From Setoptus koraiensis (taxonomy: Eukaryota > Animalia > Arthropoda): a DNA stretch of 64,000 nucleotides. The translations under genes and the position numbers were made by a program. The notes beneath the pieces are model-generated. The model made no database searches. It saw only the letters and a program-made list of their open reading frames with translations, and was not told where the DNA came from. The stretch lies in assembly GCA_048013815.1 (NCBI GenBank), contig CM106585.1, forward strand, positions 20,832,001-20,896,000. The letters are read 5' to 3'. Below, in pieces: positions 51,801 through 62,193 of the stretch (position 1 is the stretch's first letter; each line of letters starts with the position of its first letter).

Positions 51801-54800
51801 ATTTTTTATTATTTTTATTATACGCACAGCGACTGTCAGTGTGTGTCGCTCGCATAATTGGATCATTATTTTTTTGATTATTATTATTATTGTCACTTTG
51901 ACTGGCGCTGGCGCTACTGCTCTCGTAGCACTATCACTGTTGTTGTTGCTGTTGTTGCTGCTGTTGCTGCATTATCACGGCTCTTGTTATGCTATCACTG
52001 TTCCTATTATGTTGTGCGCATAAAAAGATACTCTGGCTGCCTCTTTTTATCCGTTCTCTTTATCCGTCTGCCACTAACACTGTTGCAGCCACACAAAGCT
52101 GCCAGCTCGACACAAACTCGTCTCCCATGAAATGTGCTCATGATTAGTCGTCATATCTCGTGTCTATATCTCCCGTCTGGGCCTGTCGCTGGCGTCCGTA
52201 GCTGGCCGCGTCTAGCCATGGGAACGGGATAATTGTGTGTCTATTTCGGCAGTGTTTTCGGCAGTGTTTTCGGCAGTATTTTGAGCAGTATTTTGGGCAG
52301 CATTTTCACAGCTAGCACTGATACAACAAACAGTGAGCAGCGACAAACAAACGCAAAACAACAACGTAAGTGTCTCACTGGCTTCCACTGAAAGCGCCCG
52401 CCCGGCCCAAGAGATCATCATCGATCATTGCCATTAGACGCATGACATAACTTACGACATGAAAATATGTCACCAAAATGAGCGTGAGATGATCGCATTT
52501 TCGCTCGGCTCGCTCGCCCTCCGCTCGTTGGTCTCGCCATTTTAGCAACTGGCAAATGGCCGCTTGCGTCGCTTATAGAGCTGCAATCATTGCGTAGTGA
52601 TGCCGCTGACCCCCCGAACGGATGGCCGTTCGGAGGTAGCCGAGCGGGTAGCCGTCGGAGGTAGCCGAACGGATAGCCGACCAGTGCGACAAATCGCAAC
52701 GCCGGCCATTTCATTATATTGTGCGCGAATTGTGTCGCGATTCTTGCATTCGCCTACGATCGCCATTCCAATTAACCCGGCCTTGCATCTATTGCGAGAT
52801 GGCGCTACCTGCGCAATCACCCCACTCACATACCAATAACTATGCCGGTTATACTGGATTGTGTGCCATACTGTCGCACAGATCGGATGACCGTATCAAA
52901 TGGGGCCCGGCGATCGGGCGCGTCACAGGGCCGATACTGAGGCGCCACAGGGCCGATACTGGAGCGTCGAGCCGTCGAGCCGTCGAGCAGCTCGCAATCA
53001 AGTCGTCAAGTTATGTAAGAGACTTTGATTAATAGACACACACGCACACTGGCGCTCTCTGGGGTGTCATCCGATAGGTGGTCCCATCTCAAGTGACTCT
53101 CCTATCGCATCTCGTTCTGGCCAGACAGTTTCGGTTTGGCGAGCACGCCGAGCGAGCCAAATGAGAGCCAAATGAGAGAGCCACCGACAAGGGTGCGCGA
53201 GTAGCAATGCCAATTACACAGGCAAAACAATGCCACCCACCGACCCCCTCCCGGCCGGGCCCCAAACAAAACAGCAAGCCATACAATCAACTGCTTTGTT
53301 TGTTAGTGGGCCCTTGTTTCTGGTCAGCCATCGGATATAAACATAACATATAAACAATAGCCAATATTGCCAGCCACGCGCACCACCAAATGAGGCCCAC
53401 TGGCTGGCTGGATGGCTGGCTGGCTTTGTCTGGCCGGACAAAAAGCGCTGCTGGGGCCCCGGCATAACGGTGCAAAGAATGTGGTGCAAACAACATCCAG
53501 TGCTGGCCGTCCAATATATCCGTCCGACGACACGACAATCCGGCAATGGCAATGGCGCTATTTAATTTCGTCCATCGCGCATTGTTGTTTGTCGTGATTG
53601 CACGTGGGCACGAGGGCCCGAAGCTTATGATTTTATCATGGCCGTCATCAGCGTCATCACGATGATCGTCACAATCGTCACGATCATCGCAATCATCACC
53701 ATCATCATAATCATCGTCACCGTCATCAATTGATATTGCATCATTTCAGCTCAGCTCATAGCCACATCAGCTGTAACGGCTGTAGTGGCTACAGATGCTA
53801 CTATGAGCTGAGCCGAAATGATGCAATACTAACGAAATGGTCAAGAAACAGACGGACGGACCGATGGGCATCACTTCCGGCTTGCAGCCAACATCCTGTG
53901 CAGCCCGTAACGTGCGCACTAATGTTTTCAGCTCATATTTACAGCTAGTTGCAGTCAATTGATCAATCACAATTGTGTTGCCATTGTCTGGCGGCTGCAT
54001 TTGGCAAGCTAGTTACATACTTACAGTGTGACAGTTATACAGTTGAGTGTGTGTATCAGGGCTGTTGGCTGAATGAGTAGAGATGATGTAACAAGAAATG
54101 ATGAACTAGCCAACAGCTGATTGTTGTTGTTGTTGTTAGTCAGCTGACTGAAGTGACTTTCACTTCACAGTCATACTCATAGTGAGACATTCCCTTTCCA
54201 GTGACAGTGGGCAGTGGGCAGTGGGCAACGTGCAATGGCCGATTGGCTTTTCATGCTGGCACTAGCTGGCGGTTATGTTTCGCTAGTCGAGAGTTATGTT
54301 ACGTAATACATGGGCCAGCAGCCATTCATAACGGTGGCTGGGCGATCGACTGCGTTGTGGCGCGTTGAGCGCACACAGTCGAACACGCAGTCGAGAAAAG
54401 TGGCGCCAAATGTCAGTGAGAGGCAACAACAACAGCAACAACAGCAACAACAGCAACAACAGCAACAACAGCAACAACAGCAACAACAGCAACAACAGCA
54501 ACAACAGCAACAACAGCAACAACAGCAACAACAGCAACAACAGCAACAACAACGGCACAACAAATTGTAGTCACATGTCCATGACAGCTGACGCCAAGCA
54601 ACAAAGAGAAATGAGATGAGATGAGACACACAAACTCACAGTGGGTACCTAACTAACCCAAATAGTGGCCGCCCGACTCGAATTAATTACAACTTGATCG
54701 GGCCGGCACACAATGCAGCACCAATATAGCACAAACGTCGCTTGTGCAGCTTGCCAACTGGGTCTTGCCAGCACGAGCAGCATCCATCTTGAGATTTGGC

Positions 54801-54939
54801 TGGCTCGTGGCAGTATCAGGCTCGTGGCAAGAGCTTAATATTAAATCAGGCAAACGCTCTCTTCTTATCTTACTATTATTATTACGATTTGCAATAGTGG
54901 CACCAGCGGCGCCAGATCGCGCACTGATAAAGGATAAAG

Positions 54940-54977
<38 letters not shown>

Positions 54978-57900
54978 TTCGCTTCGAAAGGATTCAATGC
55001 GCTAAAAAAAGCCAACGCACACAAACAATCGGATAAGTGTCTCATGATAAGATGAGAATTATCATGATAACTAAGCTCCGTCTGATGATGAGGGACACTC
55101 GTTTCGTTTGTGCCATTGTGAGCCTTATGGGGCCGCGCGGAGCCTCATGCAGGGGTCATTTGGCGGCCCGATTTGGGGGCCAACAACAGGCCATTAGCCG
55201 GCGCTCTCGTTCTCGAATCAAATCGGTGCTCGTCAGTCTGCACCAGCCAAACACATGCAAACGGCGCATAAAAACAGTTAGAATTGATCGTTGTTTGTAG
55301 CGGCCAACTTGACCACTCCGTCCAGTCTGTTACAAACAAACCCGAAGAAGCCCGAGAATTGGCCAAATTCTTTGGCCGAGATTTGCTCGCGGCGTCGCGG
55401 CGTCGCTGCATCGCGGGCATTAAAAGCACTCGCTGCCAGTGTGCTGTTAATGTTAGTTTAGTTAACTGTTTAATGGATCGATGGGCCAAATGTCCGAATG
55501 GTTCGACCAACAAAACAAAGCAAACCAACTGACCATAATTGCACCAATCTGGCACCACACAACGCCAACCAGTCACACAAAAGAGAGGCTTGTCGACAAA
55601 AATATCCCCACGCATCTGGGCCATATTTTCGCACACAATATCCATGACAATTGGCCGCTATCATTATTAACAAACCATCACATGTCGCCAACAGTGTATT
55701 AACTATACACTCACCATGGGCCCCGCTTTGGCTCATTCAATCAAGCACCTAGAGGCGCAAGTGATTAAATGTTGTGCGCGAAAATTGTCCAAAATTAACC
55801 ACGTTTGCTCTATGATCAGGCAAAACTTGGCCTCGCTGCTGACACCGCCGATACAAGCTTTTCGATGGGCTCTGTAGTTGTAGTTATCTGTTCGAACAGT
55901 GGGCAACCATTGGCCCCCGAACAGGCCGCTTCCCTGGCCCATTTCGGCAAGTCTCCATGGGATATTTTTTATGGGCAAAGTGTTAAAAAAGACATTACAT
56001 AACGCTGAAAAACACAGCACAATATACACACGTAACTACAAGTCTCAAGTGCAGCCTATATTGCATGTTTTGAGGCGGCTGTTTTGCCTGCTCTGTCAGA
56101 ATTGCGCCCCAAGATTTCCATTTGTTTCAATCATTTCCAAATCACCACTTATGTTCCAAATTAGAGACGCGACGTGATGCTGTATCGACCAACAAAAACG
56201 AAAAAACAGCCTTTTCTTGGAGGCCCCCGATTTGGCCTCTGTGCCATAGAGTCTGACTGAGACTGTCTTAGAAATTGGTGCATTTCCAATGAAAACTTTC
56301 CATGCAGCGATCCGCGCACCATTGTCCAGTGCACATATGGATGCATACGGTTGGAATTGGAAATCCAAAGCACGCAAAGCATTGTGCACTTTATGCCATG
56401 ATTACGCAACTATTTGGTTGTTGTGCCCAATTTTATCACCACAAACTCACTGCTCGGTCAATGGCCGGTATCAGGCCATTGATTAGCGTGATGTAAATCA
56501 TCAAAGCGGCGACTATTATGCAAATTAGTCACCGCTGGCTCACTGGCAATTGTCTTGGCGACAGTTGCCAAGTTTTAATTGTATATTATATCAAAACATT
56601 TGCCACTGTTTGTCAGTGTTTGTCACTGGAAACTGTCATTTGAAATACTGCATTTGGAAACGAGATACTATTATCGCTATTTTCCGCTCAAAGTGACTCT
56701 CAACATGATTGCTGCACGCAAACAATGCGATACACAAACCGACGACGAGCGGATAAGAGTTTGCTTATTAAGAGAGGGCGCTCAAAGAAGCGGATAAAGC
56801 GGCCAGCCTAGTGTGAATGAGGGCGCAAAGAGTGGCTAATGGGCCAAAAGCCGATGCGATGTTTCGTGTTTTAAATTAATGCCGCCGCTCGTAGGCGAAC
56901 CAAAGAAACAATCATCATTAATGAACATTGGTCGCTTGGCTAAGCATTGTCACGTTGTCATTTTTCACTCACGCTACCGCTGCCAGCCCCATCTATATTG
57001 GTGGGCATGTCAGAATAAAGAATAAAAGAATAAAACAGAAACAGAGGGGGCCTCTTCCGTGGCGAAAATCGCCCGCTTTGTCGCATCTTTGGCGGGCTCA
57101 CTTTGCTGTTTGTCGCCATTGGTGCTGGCCGGTCGCAATGAGTCGAAATGAGTCGAAATGAAATATTAATCAACAACTCGCGCAATATTGCGACCGAGTG
57201 TGACCAGAATCGGCCGACAGCAGCACAGACAGAGAGAGAGAGAGCGAGATTGGCTCATTATGGCGCCTGCACGCGCTGGCCCCACACAATCAAATATGCA
57301 AATAAGCCGCTGCGCCCGACACGTGGTAACGTGACGCAATGCTGCTCGCATGGCAGCACGCATATAGAGAGATTCACTCGTCTACCTGTATAAACATATA
57401 TATTTATATATGTTTATAAACAGACTGGTGCTGGCTGGTGGCGAGTCGCTGGCTGATCTATCACCGTGATAGTATCACGGGTTGCGGGATCGGCCGCTAG
57501 GCTGCTGCAACTTGGATGAGCGAGCCAGCTCTTGTCAGTTGTGAGCTGTTGATTGTGGTGAGTGGCAAACGAAACAAATTGCTGCCGAGCTGGCGAGTGA
57601 TTGATCGTGGACACGAGCAACTTTCGCGTGTTGAGGCCAGCGACACGCGGCCAAAGTTTTGTTGTAGAAACAGAGGTGAAAACACAGGTGAGACACCAAA
57701 AACAGGTGAGACACCAAAAGACCAATTAAGCACACACAGAGTGATACACAGATGATAGAGAGATACTCACAGGTGACCAGAAATTTCTTCGAGGCGATGG
57801 GGGGCGCGTCGGTGGCCTCGTCAAACTTGAACACGCGGTTTGTGGCCTTGCAAAAGAACTCGGCCATGTGATCGCGAACGCTTGCGTTGAACGTCAGCAC

Positions 57901-60900
57901 TGAGGTGGATCTGCAATGTGTGATACAATACGCGATGCAAAATGCGTTGAATATGCGATAAAAATGCGATTAATGCGATAAATATGAGATAAATATGCGA
58001 TAAATATGAGATAAATATGAGATAAATATGAGATAAATTTGTGAGCATCTGGGCACAAACGGATAATGCACGTCGGCGGTCAGCAGCTACAGTTTTGCAA
58101 CACACGGCTACTGCGTAATATCCGATCGGATATTACGTAATAGTTGCGTGGATATTATTTGAGTTTGTGAGTTACTGCGAGCGAGCCGCTTGCGTGCCGA
58201 ACGCCATTAGAGACAATAGAGACTAACTCACCTGTAGGTGGCGTCGCTGCTTAATTCGACGCGCTCATTATGAGGCACATGGGCGAGCTCTTCCGTTTTG
58301 TTGTACCAGGTTATGTTGGCCGGCGGGCGCGAACCGGTGACCGTGCACTTGATGAGTATTATCTCGTTCAATTGCACCAATTCCAAATTGTTGTTGTTGT
58401 TGTTGTTGCTATTCTTTTGCACCGGCGGCGCTGTTATTAGCGGGTGCGTTTCTTTTAATTGATGGTGCGCTGCAGTTAATCTTGATTGATGGTAATGATT
58501 GCCCAGCGACGGGGCCCCGTCCATGATTTGCGCGTTTGGCCGCTCAACGCTTATGCTGACGTTGATGGGTTTCACTGTTGTTTGGGTAATTATTGTCGAC
58601 AAAAACAAAGACGGATCAGATATCGCATGCACGGCGCACACGGTGAGTAACGGGTGAAACGGAGAAACGGGTAAATGGTGAATGGGTGAATCGGGCGAAT
58701 AGTGAATTGGTGAAATGGGTAAATAGCGAATCGGGCGAATAGTGAATTGGGTATTGGTGGAAATTGCATGATGGATTCCATCAGAATCTGATGATCAGAT
58801 GCAATCCGGCAGCGAGGTGGCCAGAAAAGGGGCCCTTACCGTGCACGTCCAGGCGCAGATACTTTATTAATTGATGCGATTTGAATTGTGGGGCCCACTT
58901 GCCGTTGCCAAATCCCTGAAAATCACTTTGGCCAGCGACGTGTGGCGACGGCTTGACGCTCTGAGCTAAACTGTTGCCGGCTGCGCTGGCTGTTGCTGTG
59001 GCGTAAACGCTGGCGAAATTGGCCTCAACTAAACAGGCAAACAAACAGCGCAAATCGTAACGGCTAATTGTGATTGTAATTAGAGCCGTGGTAATTAAAT
59101 CGCCAAATTCATTTGTTTTGTTGCCGTATTTAACTGGCCATTGCGTTCGCATAGGCGTAAACATTTGCCTGCTGCTGGCCGATTGTTGCAGCGCCTGCTG
59201 TGTCACATTTATCCACTCAACTTGAGGCACGGGCCTGCCACCGGAAACCTGGCACTCGAGCCGCACTTGGGCATTCTCCTTGAATGGGCCCGCAAACAAT
59301 GGGCTCGTGTAAGAGTTGCCCAACGGGTCCGCACTTTGTGCCGTGTGCGTGCTCACTTTTAGCCCGTTCACCACAATGTCCGCCTCTTTTGGGTAGGCTG
59401 TTCGGGTAGACACGATTGTTGCAGTTTGTTTGGGTGCATTTGCATTCGGTGCAATAGTTTGCGGCGTTGGTAGTTGTTGTAGGTGGCGGCGAGTCGGGGT
59501 GCATTTCCGGCGAGTCGGGGTGCATTTTCGGCGAGTATTTTCGGGTGAATATCGCAATCGGAATGGGGGAAACAAGAGGAGACATTAGTTAGTAGTTGAT
59601 GTCGTGTGCACTCACTGTCATGTTGGCCGACGTTGGATAGGTTGTCGCACTTTGTATCGTTTGTCAGTCAGCGTGGACAGGGTATTTGTTGTATTCACTT
59701 GTATGTATTCATGCAAATGAATTATTCAAAGTGGTTCATGCAACACTACTCTGCACACGGCCGATGACACAAATTACAAACAAACAGATATACAAACACA
59801 CACACACACACACACACACGTCACACGGGGAAGCGCCCATTTTTCGTCGGGCCGTCTTGTCCCGATGAAGATATTAAATTTTGCGCACACGCGAACCCGG
59901 AAAAGAGCCCGTCGCGGCTTCTCGGCGCTCGCCGCCAATCCACGGCCGATGAAGCCATTGATCTGACGAACGTTGCCAGAGACGAGCTGCGAAGTTTGAC
60001 GTGCGACGTCAACTTTTTCGCAAATCTCATTCAATTCGTTGCCTGTCGGCGTCGTCGCGGGTTTGTTGAACATTTGTTTTTTGTTGATTTTTGGGCCAGC
60101 CAGCGGCCGTGTTTGCGCTCGCGAATGCCGCTTGTTTCAAATAATATCAAATATTATATCTGAGACGAGTGATGTCAGTGAGACAGATTTGACGCATGAG
60201 ACACATCCAGTGACAGAGTGAGTGAGTGAGAAATTTGAATTTCGCATGGCCGGCGCCGAAAAACGCGCCGGGCAAACATTATATTCCAAGTTGGAACGAT
60301 GGGCGCCGTTCACCTGGAGCGGGGCCCATCTGTCACTGGCGTATGACTGATTATTTTACTATTTTTTACCTCTTGATGTGTGTGTGTGTCGAGACCGATT
60401 GTCTATGACAACATTGTGACTCGCCCGTTGTTTGCTTATGGTCACGACAGCAATAATGGTAACATGAACGAATAAACTCGCCAGTCGTCATTTTATTTTC
60501 TCTGGCTCTCGCTCTTGTGTCGTCGGCTTCGATGTAACTTCGTCGGTGATCGAGCTTGATCATCGTCGATGATCTGGCTCGATCATCGACGGGCCGACAT
60601 TGTCGGTGGAGGCCAGATATCATATTCGAGATATGACAACGCTGACAATGGTTGTGACTTACAATGGTTGTGAGCATGCCAACGACAATGAGCGCGGCCT
60701 CGAAAATCGCCCGCGATTCTAGTGATCTCGCAGCAACTGTCATTGCGCACGTGAAACAAAGGAAACGCGCAATTAGTTTGCGCCAATTCGGGCCAATGAG
60801 CCAGTGAAAGCCGCCGCTCGCCATATGGACACTGTTGTTTTCCATAAATAATTAGAATTGTATGCAAACAACTCGTGCAAACTCTCTCTCTCTCTCTCAA

Positions 60901-62161
60901 GTGGCACGAGCCTCTCGATGCCAGTCACACGGCCTTTCATCGTGGCTGTTGCTGTTGTTGTTGGCGCCTCACGGCTCCTGGGAACGGAGCCGTCAGACAC
61001 CGACCTGTCGACTCGACCGAATTCAATATAATTCAATATAAAACATGGAATATAGAAGAAAAAACGAGGCCAGCTGCAGAACAAGTTAAGCTGTTGGCAG
61101 AAGCAGCGACAATTGCCAGTGCAGTCGACAATTCCTGCGAGAGGGCCCCATAATAGATCCATGCATTGCATTTGGGCCCTGGCGGTGGCTCACTCAAACG
61201 AAAAGTGTGCCGTTGTTGTCGGTTGGGCCCTGAGCTGCAACTTGTGCAGCCAACTTGCAGCAATGGGCCTCCTGCAGGACGAACAAACAACTTGCGAGTT
61301 GCAGCGAGTTAGAAAGGATTTTCCAACTCGATGTGTGAGTTGCCCCCGCCCCACGCGTTTAATGTGCCACTGCAGCAGCAGCAGCAATAATCCCCTGAAA
61401 CAATTCTAAAGTTATTATCCGGTCATCATTTGGGAGCCCGCCGCAACTTTCGGGCCACGAGAGTGTGCGGCCAGAGTGCGCAGTGAAAATGAGAGCGGAG
61501 TAAAAATCAATGGCCAGCCAGCCAGCACTTTGTGCATTTATCTGGCCTGTGGCTCGTTTCGTTGAGTTGAATTTGTTGGGGCCAAATTCGTTGGGGCCAA
61601 ATTCGTTGGGGCCAAATTCGTTGGGGCCAAATTCGCTGGGGCCGAATTCGTTGGGGCCGAAGAATTCAATTGCTGGCCAAGTTATTGTGGCCCCCGCTGA
61701 CGCCATTGTCTCTGACACTGTGAGTTTTAGCTTGCGTCGTTGTTTGTGTTCGCGTGTGATAACGCTGGCTGGTGAGAGGCTGGTGAGAGGCTGGCGGAGA
61801 TGAGCCGAGATGAGCAAGTGCGAGATGGGGCCCGCAGTGAAAAAATGGCAACACCATGCGAGCAGCAACACATCGCTCTTTATTACAACCTGCAACACGA
61901 TGATATGTCATTAATCTTATTTTTTCGCGCTCGCCAACTGCACTTTATATTGCACAAATATACCGATGCCAAGCTGCCACAGAGCCGCCTAGCTGCCGAG
62001 CTGCAGATGCCTCAACAACAAATCACCCTGGCGCTTATATATATAACTATATATATGTAGTTATATACAACCACTAGGGGCATACGCTGGCCGGCTATTA
62101 CGTGATACAGCGACCGTTATCGGAATTAAGTTGTTGTGTGTTTGCCCAACAGCCAAGCCGG

Positions 62162-62193
<32 letters not shown>

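Noticed and set aside
48944-61658. CRISPR-like appearance of the 15-16 bp repeats
   Set aside because: Repeats are head-to-tail with no unique spacers, there are no cas genes, and the context is eukaryotic.
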